Assembly: GCA_039802605.1 (NCBI GenBank)
Contig: JBDRWW010000006.1
Coordinates: 1-64,000, forward strand
DNA from: a candidate division WOR-3 bacterium
GTDB lineage: Bacteria; Hydrothermota; Hydrothermia; LBFQ01
Length of the DNA stretch: 64,000 bases
Reading direction: 5' to 3'
The notes beneath the pieces were generated by a model that saw nothing but the letters and a program-made list of their open reading frames with translations, was not told where the DNA came from and searched no databases. How positions within the stretch are numbered: the first letter of the stretch is position 1; every line of letters begins with the position of its first letter. A program made the position numbers and the translations under genes. This document shows, piece after piece, positions 10,109 to 20,537 of the stretch.

Positions 10109-11245
10109 TCACCAATCCAAAACATTGCCATCTTTATCAACCTTTAATATAGCCGCAGTTGAAAGGTTGTCTATACATGTCGTAAAATATATCACCCCAT
10201 CATTGGATACCTTGGCATCGTATAAACCACTCGCACCCAAAGGAGACCAGTAATTCCTCAAAAGCGTTATATTCCCCTCATCGTCAAACTTCACAGCAAT
10301 TATACAATACCCAGAACCACAAGTAGCCACCTCCCCAAACGCAAAGTATTGCCCATCAGGTGTCCTTACTACCTCCTTGAAAGGCCCTCCCCATACCTCG
10401 TTATCAAACGGTTTCCTTATGCACCTATACCACTTTAAATTCCCCAAACTGTCAAGCTTTACTATTAAAGGACAATCTTCCGAAGTGTGCCTCTGTACAG
10501 CCTTCCCAACAAATACCAATCCACCATCATAAGCCTCTACTCCGGCATTCACAAAAGCCCCTATAACCGTATCAAGTATTATACCCCTACTCCAAAGAAA
10601 ATTCCCATTGCTATCAACCTTATAAACCGCAAAACTAACAGGTGCCTCGGGCTCGTATGTAGCCACATACCCAGCCCCATGCTTCGTTATGGTGGGAAAA
10701 ATCGGCTGAATGGCTTTCCTATATGTCGTGTCGCATGTTTCCCATAAAAAGTTCAAATCTGAACCCGTAAATTCATATTTCCTTATGCAGTTGTGAGGAT
10801 AAACTGTGGTTGATATTACAACATAACTTCCATCGGATAACACCTCATTACCCCCAAACCCAATATTAACAGATGAATTCCACATATTGCCGTTTAAATC
10901 TACAAACATTGCGTTTAAGGGTGTTGCTATAACAAACTTATCAACAGATACCCTGTATATACCATCAAACCCAATCGTATCCTTGGTTTTTATCCAAATA
11001 ATATTCCCCCCTCCCGATATGCGTGTTACAATGTTGTATTTGTAGTCCTTTACAGTTAGCATAATATCCCCGTTATCAGATAGTGCTATACTCGGTTTCA
11101 TACAAAATTCCTGCAATTTCACACTAACCACCTTTGTTGAATCAAAACAATAATATTGTGGGTCTGGCTCACAGGCCACCTTTCCCTTTCTGCACCCCGC
11201 AAAAACCAAGAAAAGGGCAAAAGCAAAGAATGCTAACCTTTTCAT
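10109..11245 (-). CDS. Lipoprotein, probable beta-propeller
   Basis: Lipobox FAGC; repeated K(V/L)DS.GN..W blades. Confidence 0.75.
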   Translation of the reverse strand: MKRLAFFAFALFLVFAGCRKGKVACEPDPQYYCFDSTKVVSVKLQEFCMKPSIALSDNGDIMLTVKDYKYNIVTRISGGGNIIWIKTKDTIGFDGIYRVSVDKFVIATPLNAMFVDLNGNMWNSSVNIGFGGNEVLSDGSYVVISTTVYPHNCIRKYEFTGSDLNFLWETCDTTYRKAIQPIFPTITKHGAGYVATYEPEAPVSFAVYKVDSNGNFLWSRGIILDTVIGAFVNAGVEAYDGGLVFVGKAVQRHTSEDCPLIVKLDSLGNLKWYRCIRKPFDNEVWGGPFKEVVRTPDGQYFAFGEVATCGSGYCIIAVKFDDEGNITLLRNYWSPLGASGLYDAKVSNDGVIYFTTCIDNLSTAAILKVDKDGNVLDW

Positions 11246-13479
11246 CTCTTTATAACCTTATAAACTTTATTCTTAACCACAACGAAATATATCCCGCGCT
11301 TCAAACCACCCATATCAATCGTATAGTTCCCGAATTTACCTTCCTTAACCAATCTCCCATTGGAATCGTAAACCTTAAAGTATCCGGAAGGTAGGTCAAT
11401 CTTCAAAGTGTTATGAACCAATTTTGTTTCCATTGGTCGAATACCTGTGAATATAGTCCCAAATGCCTTGTTATCATTCATACCCAAAACCTCCCTATAA
11501 ACCGAAAGTATATCCTCTTCGTCATAAGAAGGTGAAACCGTAATATACGAGACCAATGTCCTCGGTTCTTTACCATAAGTTTCAAAGAAAAAGTAATAAA
11601 CACCCCTGCGGTTGAGCCTAAGGTAAGCCTTAAATGTATCCCTAACCTTCACAGGCCTTACAACCCCGTAGCTTGTCCAAGGCCCTATGGAGTAATAAAA
11701 CCCCATAACGGAATCTGCAAATGGATGGTGTATATCTATTCTTATAATCTCACCCTCAGTATATACATGCTTGTTAAACCTTAAGTACGCGCTAACGGGA
11801 CTTAGAAAAGATAGTATTACAGGTGTTGGGAAAATACCTTCTAAATCCGCATGACCTCTTTCTTTTTCTATTTTCATAAGAGGCTGACCAGAAGATTTAT
11901 TAAATGCGGCTATATAAGTGTATCCATATTCGCGTCTGTTTAGATATACAGTATCCGCCCATAAAACCCTTAAAGCCGAAGGAGACCATATTGCAACGCT
12001 GTCAGTTAAATAAGAAGGCATTATGTATAATGTGGAATCAATTAGGGTTATGTATCCCCAACTTCTAACTTCCTTCGGGGAAGTTATGGGTATATCAAAG
12101 GGTGCATTGTAATATGTCTCTTCTGGTAGGGTATCAAGAATAGCACCTTCTATAAAAGGAAACAATGATGGATCCTCTTTTATTGCCGTGTGATCCTTTT
12201 CCCATATATCCGGATCCCCGGAGCATGTCCTTCCACCAGAGCCCGTAGGTTGGTTGGAAAATATTTTGGTTTGCAAATCAAACTGGATATCCCTGGCACT
12301 GGCATTTCCATATTCAACCACACCATCATTACACCCAGCACCCATAACATACCTTACGACAAAACATCCCGCTTGGGATTTGGCGGGAAAGGTGCCACAT
12401 TTCCACTCGGGTGTCCAGCCCATGCCAAGTCTTGCAACCTTGATATTCCCCGGTACCGTATCGGATGCAATATATCTATAATACGCCGACCTCCATGCCA
12501 AAACCCCAAAGCCTGTAAGTATGTCATAGTCCATCTGGAATCCCTCGCATACTAAGGGCACTGTCGCCTGAAATGCCAAGCACAAACTAAACAACCTGGG
12601 GTCCAGTATAAAAAGACCACAATTTAACCAACTACCACCATTACAAAAATCCGCCATGGCAGACCCATAAAAAGGCGTTCCAAGGGCCACAAAACCCATA
12701 ACATATGGATTATTCTTTAAATAAATTACACCTTCGGTTTCTAAGCCCGCCCTACTATGCGCGACTACAACTATACTCCTATTCCAAGTAGAATCATAGT
12801 TCCTGTAAATATACCTCCCCAATGAACCTATAAGGGTATCCAAAAGGTTTGTATTTGGCCAAAAAGAGGGACCTTTCCCATCGTTAAAATCGTATAAGGT
12901 CACCATGGCAACGCGGAAATATGAATTTGTCACTAAGTAATCCTTTAAACTCACCATAGAGTTGCAATCCGAACCCATACCATGAACTAATAACACGACA
13001 GGAAGATCTTTTTGCGGTGAACTGGGGGAATTCCAGAATAGTCCCAACCATTTACGATACCTGGGGGAATACCATGTCCAAATCGGATCACCGCATCTGG
13101 GATAGGGGTTTATAGGACTAGGTCCAGGGCCACTTCCTCCCCCACCCCCCGGTGGTGGCTCATCTCCTGAACCCCTTGGCTGGCAAGGCCCCAACTCGGG
13201 GACACTATCCGGATTCGCCCAGCAGCATACCCCTTGGGAATATGGTGGATTAAAGTCATAGCATCGCCCAACATGGCAAATGGGGGCTATATAGTCCATG
13301 CTGGTATCTATACAACACGGGTTTCCTATGTATCCACATATTTCTGAGTTGGGTTTAATATCCGGTGGATTGTCCTTAGGAAACATAACTCCGGGAAGGA
13401 TTAAAAACGCCAAACCTAAGACCCACGGCGTTTTCTTCCTTCTTCCTTTCCATACGTTTTCTTCCTTCTTCCTTTCCAT
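11242..13479 (-). CDS. Secreted alpha/beta-hydrolase (lipase-like) with Cys-rich N-domain and C-terminal sorting-like domain
   Basis: LVHG oxyanion motif, AHSRAG nucleophile elbow, LGTPFYGS, NDGVV and YDSNGRLV...GIYFVVV tail. Confidence 0.75.
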   Translation of the reverse strand: MERKKEENVWKGRRKKTPWVLGLAFLILPGVMFPKDNPPDIKPNSEICGYIGNPCCIDTSMDYIAPICHVGRCYDFNPPYSQGVCCWANPDSVPELGPCQPRGSGDEPPPGGGGGSGPGPSPINPYPRCGDPIWTWYSPRYRKWLGLFWNSPSSPQKDLPVVLLVHGMGSDCNSMVSLKDYLVTNSYFRVAMVTLYDFNDGKGPSFWPNTNLLDTLIGSLGRYIYRNYDSTWNRSIVVVAHSRAGLETEGVIYLKNNPYVMGFVALGTPFYGSAMADFCNGGSWLNCGLFILDPRLFSLCLAFQATVPLVCEGFQMDYDILTGFGVLAWRSAYYRYIASDTVPGNIKVARLGMGWTPEWKCGTFPAKSQAGCFVVRYVMGAGCNDGVVEYGNASARDIQFDLQTKIFSNQPTGSGGRTCSGDPDIWEKDHTAIKEDPSLFPFIEGAILDTLPEETYYNAPFDIPITSPKEVRSWGYITLIDSTLYIMPSYLTDSVAIWSPSALRVLWADTVYLNRREYGYTYIAAFNKSSGQPLMKIEKERGHADLEGIFPTPVILSFLSPVSAYLRFNKHVYTEGEIIRIDIHHPFADSVMGFYYSIGPWTSYGVVRPVKVRDTFKAYLRLNRRGVYYFFFETYGKEPRTLVSYITVSPSYDEEDILSVYREVLGMNDNKAFGTIFTGIRPMETKLVHNTLKIDLPSGYFKVYDSNGRLVKEGKFGNYTIDMGGLKRGIYFVVVKNKVYKVIKR

Positions 13480-13506
13480 ACGTTTTCTTCCTTCTTCCTT
13501 TCCATA
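13429..13506 (-). repeat. Perfect tandem repeat, 3 x 26 bp (TATGGAAAGGAAGAAGGAAGAAAACG on minus strand)
   Basis: Copies at 13429-13454, 13455-13480 and 13481-13506. Confidence 0.95.
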
Positions 13507-13632
13507 GGGGTGTGAATTATAAGGGGGTAAAAAGTTTTGTGCAGGTGCTTTTCAGCGAACGCAACACAACACGAATTTCCCCGTATAAACCCTATGTATT
13601 ACAAACACCTTTCAACCTTATAATTCCCGTAT

Positions 13633-13845
13633 ATGAAAAAGGTGGTATTAAAAGTTAATGGGATGACTTGTATGGGTTGCGTATCAACGGTTAGGAAGGT
13701 TTTGGAGAAAAAAGGCGGTAAAGAGGTTAAGGTTTCCTTGGAGGAGGGGAAGGCCGAGTTCCTTTTGGAAAACGGAAACTTGGAAGAAATACTAAAGTCC
13801 CTTGAAATTGTGGGTTATCCCGCCGAGGTTATATCGGAAAATTAA
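13633..13845 (+). CDS. Heavy-metal-associated (CopZ-like) chaperone
   Basis: GMTCMGC motif, 70 aa. Confidence 0.9.
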   Translation: MKKVVLKVNGMTCMGCVSTVRKVLEKKGGKEVKVSLEEGKAEFLLENGNLEEILKSLEIVGYPAEVISEN

Positions 13846-14522
13846 CCCTTACGAACATCCTCAACAATCCTTCCATCCCTTAACCTGATAATCCTTTTGC
13901 CGAGTTCTATTATCATAGGGTCATGTGTTGCGAATATAAAAGTCGTTCCAAACTCCTCGTTGAGTTTTAACATTAAATTCATAACATTTAAAGCGTTTTT
14001 GCTGTCAAGGTTTGCGGTTGGCTCATCCGCAAGAACAACTGCCGGATTTCCCACAATTGCCCTCGCAATCGCAACCCTTTGCTGTTGTCCCCCACTGAGT
14101 TCCTTGGGAAACCTGTTTTCCAATCCCTTTAAACCTAAAACCTCAAATATCTCCCCGATTCTTCTTTTTCTCTCCTCGAGCTTAACACCCCTTAAAGCGA
14201 GGATTATTTCAACATTTTCAAAAGCGGTTAAAACTGGTATAAGGTTGTAAGTCTGGAAAACAAAACCTATCCTTTTTAGCCTCAAATCGCTTAAAGAATC
14301 TTCGTCCATTTTTCCTATATCTTTGCCCTCAAACAAAACCCTTCCTTCTGTGGGTTTTTCAATACCGCTTATAACATTTAACATCGTTGTTTTTCCCGAA
14401 CCCGAGGGCCCGGCGAGGACGATAAATTCCCCTTTCCCAATCTCCAAAGTTAAACCGTTTAAAGCCCTAACCTCCTCTTGCCCACTCTTATAAATTTTAA
14501 CAACATTTTCAAGTTTTATCAT
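13842..14522 (-). CDS. ABC transporter ATP-binding protein (LolD/MacB-type)
   Basis: GPSGSGKT, LSGGQQQRVAIARA and LADEPTANLD motifs. Confidence 0.95.
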   Translation of the reverse strand: MIKLENVVKIYKSGQEEVRALNGLTLEIGKGEFIVLAGPSGSGKTTMLNVISGIEKPTEGRVLFEGKDIGKMDEDSLSDLRLKRIGFVFQTYNLIPVLTAFENVEIILALRGVKLEERKRRIGEIFEVLGLKGLENRFPKELSGGQQQRVAIARAIVGNPAVVLADEPTANLDSKNALNVMNLMLKLNEEFGTTFIFATHDPMIIELGKRIIRLRDGRIVEDVRKG

Positions 14523-14526
14523 CCTT

Positions 14527-15690
14527 TTACCTCCTTAAAATTTCCGAAACTTTAACCTTTGAAGCCCATTTGGCTGGCAAATACCCGCTTAAGACTGACA
14601 TTAATAACAGGAGAAGGGGATAACCTACAATACCCCTCCAATCCCAAATGCTCTTAATTTTTGCCTCTAAAGCAACCCCACCATACTCAATTTCGCTTGA
14701 ACCCAACAAAGACGAAACATCCAAGCCATATTTATATGTTAAGTAATTCACCACTATTGCCAAAAGCAATCCTAAGGAAATTCCTATTACCCCAAGTATC
14801 AAAAATTCCAACATCACAATCCTTAAAATATCCCTCCCCTTAAACCCTACTGCCCTCATAAGACCAAACTCCTTCACCCTTTCCAAAACATTCATAAAAC
14901 CCAAATTAACCGTACCAAACGATATTACGATAAACATAAACACAACCATTACTACGATACCGCTGTAATCCAATATTATTGCACTATAAAGTTCCGGCAT
15001 GGCCTCCTGCCATGTCAATACCAAGTAATTCCCCTTCACCTCCTTTGATAATCTTTTCTTTAATGCATATATATCCCTTGTGCTTTTTGGGATAATACCA
15101 ACATAATGCACATTTTCCGTAAATCCAAGATAATCCTTGTTGGCATATATTGTATTGCCATCTACGCCGGATTTAACTATGCCTTCTACCACTAAGACAT
15201 TACCCGTTATATTACCCGAAGTATCCTGATACATTATCGTAATAGCAGAACCTATGTCAATACCGAGATTTTCGGCCAATTCTTTGCTTATTATCGCACC
15301 GTTTTCAGAAGTCGGTAAATCGCTTTCGTTATCAAAATTTAATCCTAAAACCATAACCGGTTGGGAACCCTTTTGTGTCCTAATAATCGCCGGAATATTT
15401 ACCCTATAAAAAGCCTTGTATATCAAATCATCGTTTAAAATCCCTTTAACTTTGGAAACCCTTACCCAAGAGTTGAGTTTTCCCTTCTCAAAATATTCCT
15501 TTGGATATATGGAAACATATCCGCTACCCATCCTTATGCCAAATTTTAGCATATTTTCGTAATTTCCAAAAGCCACATTGTGAAACCAAACGGCCATAAA
15601 TGTACCCCCAGCCAATGCGGATATGTGAATAAATGTACGGATTTTAACCCTCCACACATTTCTCAAAACGAATTTTATCCAAAACATCAT
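14527..15690 (-). CDS. ABC permease (LolC/E / FtsX-like)
   Basis: RNVWR N-terminus, TWQEAMPEL, ERVKEFGLMRAVG and YLPAKWAS motifs. Confidence 0.9.
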   Translation of the reverse strand: MMFWIKFVLRNVWRVKIRTFIHISALAGGTFMAVWFHNVAFGNYENMLKFGIRMGSGYVSIYPKEYFEKGKLNSWVRVSKVKGILNDDLIYKAFYRVNIPAIIRTQKGSQPVMVLGLNFDNESDLPTSENGAIISKELAENLGIDIGSAITIMYQDTSGNITGNVLVVEGIVKSGVDGNTIYANKDYLGFTENVHYVGIIPKSTRDIYALKKRLSKEVKGNYLVLTWQEAMPELYSAIILDYSGIVVMVVFMFIVISFGTVNLGFMNVLERVKEFGLMRAVGFKGRDILRIVMLEFLILGVIGISLGLLLAIVVNYLTYKYGLDVSSLLGSSEIEYGGVALEAKIKSIWDWRGIVGYPLLLLLMSVLSGYLPAKWASKVKVSEILRR

Positions 15691-16801
15691 TCTCTCTCCC
15701 TTATGTAATAGGCTACATTTAACCTTTTAATTCCGAGTGCGGGTGTTATCGTTAAGATAATAACGAGAAGTATCAAAAACAATGCGGGATGTATAAAGTT
15801 GTGCGGGTCTAAAAGTGCGGTTATTATGGGTTGTAATGTTAAACCCTCATAAGATGTTTGGGATACGAAGTTGGATATATCTATTGGGTTGAATTTTAGT
15901 AAGGCCGTTATGGCCAAGGAGATGATTAAGCCTATTATTAAACTGAAAAACCCCATATACAGGTTTTCCAAGAACAACAAAGCATACAAAAACCTCTTCT
16001 TTACCCCTATCGCCATTAACATTGCAAATTCTTTCCTCCTTTCGTAAAAAGAAATCAAAAAGGTGTTAAATATTATCAAACCCACCACAAAATAGAAAAG
16101 GACATCGTAAATTATTCCAAACGCATCCCACATCCTCATATAAAACCACAACACAGGCATATAACAAGGCTTTTTAAGGGATTATCCAATCTTATTACAA
16201 CCTCATGGAATGTGGAATCCGGAAGGTTTAAAAATTCCCTAACATTTTCAAAACTCGTAAAAACAGTCCTCATATCCACAATTCTATCACCACTTGAAAA
16301 TATGCCATTTATAACCCCTCCTATGGTTGAGAACGAACCGTTTAGGGAGTTTCCTATAACATACAAGGAATCACCTACGGAACATTCAAGGATTTTTGCC
16401 AATCCTTTACCAATAACAAAACCATCATCGCCTTTAAAACTTTTTATTAAAGGTTCCCTTTCAAAATTTACGCCAAGGACTTCACCCGAATATATGTTCT
16501 TTCCGCAAACGAAAAGTCCAAACCCCCTAACCCTATAAGAGGTGTTAAACCCTGAAAAGTTGGGCAAATCTCCGGTTTTAAAGAACTTGTAAATACTTCT
16601 ATCCTTTGAGTAACCCTTTTTGGTTATCGTTATATGACCCAAATAGTTGTCCGTGGTGGCCTTTATACTCATTAAGAAAAGGGCTTCGTATATGTCTATC
16701 GTTATAACCAAAAAAGAATAACCCATAACCATGACCGAAATAGTTAGAACCGTCCTACGCTTATTTCGCCAAAGGTTCCTAAAAGCGAGTTTCCATATCA
16801 T
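15687..16801 (-). pseudogene. ABC permease (LolC/E / FtsX-like) split by a frameshift near 16140-16170
   Basis: N-half (KLAFRNLWRNKRRT, 16136-16801) and C-half (ERRKEFAMLMAIG, 15687-16160) are in different frames. Confidence 0.8.
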
Positions 16802-17445
16802 TTTTTCTCTCCCAAACTTTCGGGTGAGAACATAATGTCTGGAATGTTTATATCAAATTTTAGGGTTTTGTATAAAACTTCCGTATATTCCCCGCTTTTG
16901 TCCAAGGGTTCAACCGTTATTCTCATAGGGATATTCCTTTCCGCGAGGGTTTTGTGGTCGTAAAATTTTATAATCCGTAAGGGCTTTAATGTTTTATCGT
17001 AAAACATAATGCTGTAAATCGTTAAGGTTTTGGGGTTTATACGGTATTCTATCTTGCCGTAAATACCCTTGGCTTTTTTCTTGGGTTTCATTTCTATTAT
17101 AGCGGTATCCCCGACCTCATCCGATAGTGAAATATCATAACTTTCTTCTATATCCCCCTCCGCTACTAAATCCTCAAATGTTAGATGGGTTCCCATCCAA
17201 GTGTCAAACATCATTATCTCGGGTAGTTTAATAACCCTGTTTATTGATGGGATATAAAGGTATATGTTTTTGCCACTCTTCAACATAACACCCTTTGAAA
17301 AAACTTCCACCTCCATGTTTTTTGTATATTCCGATGTTTTTGTGGTTATACTTATCAGCGCGTAGGCACTTTTTGAAGTGTATAAACTTTCCAACTCTTT
17401 TATAACTTTTACGGGATCTAAATCCGAGATGAAAAGGATAAACAT
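16798..17445 (-). CDS. Outer-membrane lipoprotein-sorting protein (LolA-like)
   Basis: YLYIPSINRVIKL...WMGTHLTFEDL and FDINIPDIMFS motifs; in operon with Lol-type ABC genes. Confidence 0.8.
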   Translation of the reverse strand: MFILFISDLDPVKVIKELESLYTSKSAYALISITTKTSEYTKNMEVEVFSKGVMLKSGKNIYLYIPSINRVIKLPEIMMFDTWMGTHLTFEDLVAEGDIEESYDISLSDEVGDTAIIEMKPKKKAKGIYGKIEYRINPKTLTIYSIMFYDKTLKPLRIIKFYDHKTLAERNIPMRITVEPLDKSGEYTEVLYKTLKFDINIPDIMFSPESLGEKK

Positions 17446-17457
17446 AAGCCTTATATT

Positions 17458-18438
17458 CTACGGCAGAGATGTTAAAACCTCATAGGGTATGGTCTCCCAA
17501 ATTTTTGCTATTTTATCCGCCGAATTGTTTTTCCCAAGAATTTCCACCCTATCGCCAACCTTTATATCATCATCCTTTGAGAAAACCATAAAGGTGTCCA
17601 TTGTTATCCATCCCGCAACCTTAACAAATTTTCCGTTTATAAAAACCTCGAAGTCCTTACACCTCCTCAAACCCAACGCATAACCGATGGGTACAATACC
17701 TAAAAAACCATCTTCGCAAACAAATGCCCCATCATAACTAACGGTTTCCCCTTTCTTAACCCGTTTAACCTGTATGACCCTTGAATAAACCTCTTTTACA
17801 GGCTTTAAGCTTTTATGGCCATAACCGTACAATAAAATTCCCACACGGGAAAAATCGTAAATGGGTCCAAAATTTAAAAGCCCCAAAGAGTTGTTAATGT
17901 GTCTCTTTACCGGCAAACCCTTTGTTAAATCCTCAAAAATTTCTATCTGCTTTCTTGAAAATTCCATATCGTATGCCTTTGGAAAGTGCGTGAATACCCC
18001 CTCAACTCTAAACCTTTCCTTGGCTTTTTTATAGAAACCTTCAAAATCATCCGGCTTTATTCCCGTCCTGTTCATCCCCGTATCAATTTCAATATGAACC
18101 CTTGAACCTTTTGGCAAAGAATTTAAGGCCTCCCATCCATAAAGGTTGAATACCACATTATCCCTATCGCTTAACTCTTGAAGGGTTTGCCTATCAAATG
18201 TATCGTAGTACAACAACAAAAATTCCGCCGGAAAATCGGAAACCGGTTTGTAATCGTTTACTGATGAGATTAAAAACCTTCTAACACCTAGGGAATATAA
18301 TTTTAAGGAAACCTCCCTTATTCCATGCCCATATGCGTTGGACTTTACAACCGCCATTATGTTTTGTCCCCTTGTCAGTTTCAAAACCTCTCCGTAATTG
18401 TGTTCAAGGGCTTTTAGGTCTATAACCCTTTCAATCAA
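17458..18438 (-). CDS. alr: Alanine racemase
   Basis: AVVKSNAYGHG, IDTGMNRTG, RVGILLYG and TIPYEV motifs. Confidence 0.95.
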   Translation of the reverse strand: MIERVIDLKALEHNYGEVLKLTRGQNIMAVVKSNAYGHGIREVSLKLYSLGVRRFLISSVNDYKPVSDFPAEFLLLYYDTFDRQTLQELSDRDNVVFNLYGWEALNSLPKGSRVHIEIDTGMNRTGIKPDDFEGFYKKAKERFRVEGVFTHFPKAYDMEFSRKQIEIFEDLTKGLPVKRHINNSLGLLNFGPIYDFSRVGILLYGYGHKSLKPVKEVYSRVIQVKRVKKGETVSYDGAFVCEDGFLGIVPIGYALGLRRCKDFEVFINGKFVKVAGWITMDTFMVFSKDDDIKVGDRVEILGKNNSADKIAKIWETIPYEVLTSLP

Positions 18439-18919
18439 ACCTTAAAGCCTCCCTGTAAATAACCATTTCAACACTTTGATCTCCATTTATCACCGGCGTA
18501 TAACCCATATCGCTAAAACCCAAGGAAAACATCTCTTTTAGTGGTATATTCACAAAATCCCTATTCTTCATTTCGGGATGGGGTATAGTTAATTCTTGGC
18601 TTTTAACCGTTAGGTTTTCCCACAGTAGGATGTCCAAGTCTATGGTTCTATCCTTATACGGTTTTCCTTTATGAGTTCTTCCCAATGCCCTTTCAATATA
18701 CTGTAAAATCCGTAAGGTTTCAAAGGGATTGTGTTCCGTTTTCAATAGTGCGCAACAGTTTAAAAAATCTCTGCCGATAAAACCTACGGGTTTTGTCAAA
18801 TATATTGAGGAGAACCCCAAAATTGAAAACCTTTCTTTCAGCAAGCGTACGGAACGGATTACATTTAATAGCCTATCCCCTTCGTTTGAACCTATGGATA
18901 TATAAAACTTACTCCTCAC
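18431..18919 (-). CDS. folK: 2-amino-4-hydroxy-6-hydroxymethyldihydropteridine diphosphokinase
   Basis: ISIGSNEGDR, RTIDLDIL and LTIPHP motifs. Confidence 0.95.
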   Translation of the reverse strand: MRSKFYISIGSNEGDRLLNVIRSVRLLKERFSILGFSSIYLTKPVGFIGRDFLNCCALLKTEHNPFETLRILQYIERALGRTHKGKPYKDRTIDLDILLWENLTVKSQELTIPHPEMKNRDFVNIPLKEMFSLGFSDMGYTPVINGDQSVEMVIYREALRFD

Positions 18920-19727
18920 CCACCATAAACCTTACAAACCTGCGGATTTTATAATCCCCTTGACCTTTTAGCCATTCCCCAAATGTAATGTTATTATCCC
19001 TCATATAGGGTTGGTGGATTAATGTCTTTTCCTGCAAGAAAGCCTTTAACTTCCCTTCAACAATACGGGGTATTACATTCTCGGGTTTTCCGCTCTCCCT
19101 GGCCTGTTCCTCGTATATCCTCTTTTCCCTTTCCAAAACTTCCTTTGGGAAGTCCTCCTCCGAAACCGCTATTGGAGACATAGCGGCTATTTGCATGGCG
19201 GTTTCCTTCGCTACTTCTAAGGATGGTGGATATACTTCAACCATAGAGGCCAACATACTCCCCGGATGTACATAAACATATATCAGACCGTCTTGGGTTT
19301 CAAAGTATGCGCACCTCTTTACCTGAATGTTTTCCCCAACCTTTGACGCTAAGAGCTTCATCCTTTCTTCAACCTCGTTATCAACCAACCCTTTTACATC
19401 GTTCGTTTTCTTACTTAACAACACTTCAAGGACATACCTTCCAAAGCTTTGGAAATCGTCCGTTCTCGCCACAAAATCGGTTTCACAACCCACCTCAACC
19501 ATTGCCCCCCATTTATATTCCTTATCATCCCAAGCGGCAAAAACATTACCCTGCTTTGTCTCCCTAGCCACCTTCTTTTCCGCCTTTGCTATCCCCCACT
19601 TCTTTAATAGTTCAACGGCCTTCTCAAAATCGCCGTTGCTTTCTTCAAGGGCCTTTTTGGCATCCATTAAACCGGCCCCTGTGGCCTCCCTTAAACGCTG
19701 AATATCTTTAACATCTATCTTTGGCAT
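18909..19727 (-). CDS. tsf: Elongation factor Ts
   Basis: LREATGAGLMDAKKAL and CETDFVAR motifs. Confidence 0.98.
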   Translation of the reverse strand: MPKIDVKDIQRLREATGAGLMDAKKALEESNGDFEKAVELLKKWGIAKAEKKVARETKQGNVFAAWDDKEYKWGAMVEVGCETDFVARTDDFQSFGRYVLEVLLSKKTNDVKGLVDNEVEERMKLLASKVGENIQVKRCAYFETQDGLIYVYVHPGSMLASMVEVYPPSLEVAKETAMQIAAMSPIAVSEEDFPKEVLEREKRIYEEQARESGKPENVIPRIVEGKLKAFLQEKTLIHQPYMRDNNITFGEWLKGQGDYKIRRFVRFMVGEE

Positions 19728-19739
19728 TTTTAACCCCCT

Positions 19740-20537
19740 TTATTGCGATTCCCTCGCCATTTTACCGTCAAGATAACCCTGCGCCACTATACCTACAATA
19801 AAGTCCAATGATTTCATTGATTCGTCGTTTGCCGGTATTGGTAAATCAACCGCCGTTGGGTCCGCGTTTGTATCAATTATTCCTATGGATGGGATTTTAA
19901 GGAGTTTGACTTCCCTCGCGGCTATGTCATCGTACTTGGGATCCACGATAAACACCAAATCGGGTAGCCTATCCATATCCCTAATTCCCCCTAACCTTAT
20001 TTTTAGTTTGGTGTATTCCCGCTGCATCTTTAATATTTCCTTTTTGGGATAGGGTAATACCCTGCCTTCCCTTTTCATCGCTTCAAGTTGGTCAAAGAGG
20101 TTTTCGTATTCCTTCATCTTTATTATTCGTTTGTATATGGTTTCAAAATTTGTGAGCATTCCGCCAAGCCACCTTTCAATTATATAAAAAGCTCCCACCC
20201 TTTCGGCGTGTCTTCTAATGATTGACTTGGCCTGAGGCTTTGTACTAACGAATAGAACTTTGCCACCCCTTGCCCCCTCTTTTCTCATCATATCGTAGGC
20301 TTTCTTTATGGCAACCGCGGTGTATCTGACATCTATAATGTGTATCCCGTTCTTAGCCGTGTATATGAAAGGCTTCATCTTGGGGTTCCACCTACTCGTT
20401 CTGTGCCCGTAATGTGCCCCGATTTCAAGTAGCTTCTTTAAAAGCGCCTGGGTATCCTGCAAATACTTGCTATAATCCACAAACTCTTCGCTAACGCTTG
20501 GTATACTGCCAAGACCTTCTTCTTTTAGTTTTTCCAT
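19740..20537 (-). CDS. rpsB: 30S ribosomal protein S2 (start uncertain)
   Basis: GAHYGH...WNPKM, RWLGGMLTNF and IPAND motifs. Confidence 0.95.
   Translation of the reverse strand: MEKLKEEGLGSIPSVSEEFVDYSKYLQDTQALLKKLLEIGAHYGHRTSRWNPKMKPFIYTAKNGIHIIDVRYTAVAIKKAYDMMRKEGARGGKVLFVSTKPQAKSIIRRHAERVGAFYIIERWLGGMLTNFETIYKRIIKMKEYENLFDQLEAMKREGRVLPYPKKEILKMQREYTKLKIRLGGIRDMDRLPDLVFIVDPKYDDIAAREVKLLKIPSIGIIDTNADPTAVDLPIPANDESMKSLDFIVGIVAQGYLDGKMARESQ

Noticed and set aside
13429..13506. 26-bp repeats as a mini-CRISPR
   Set aside because: The copies are directly adjacent with no spacers.
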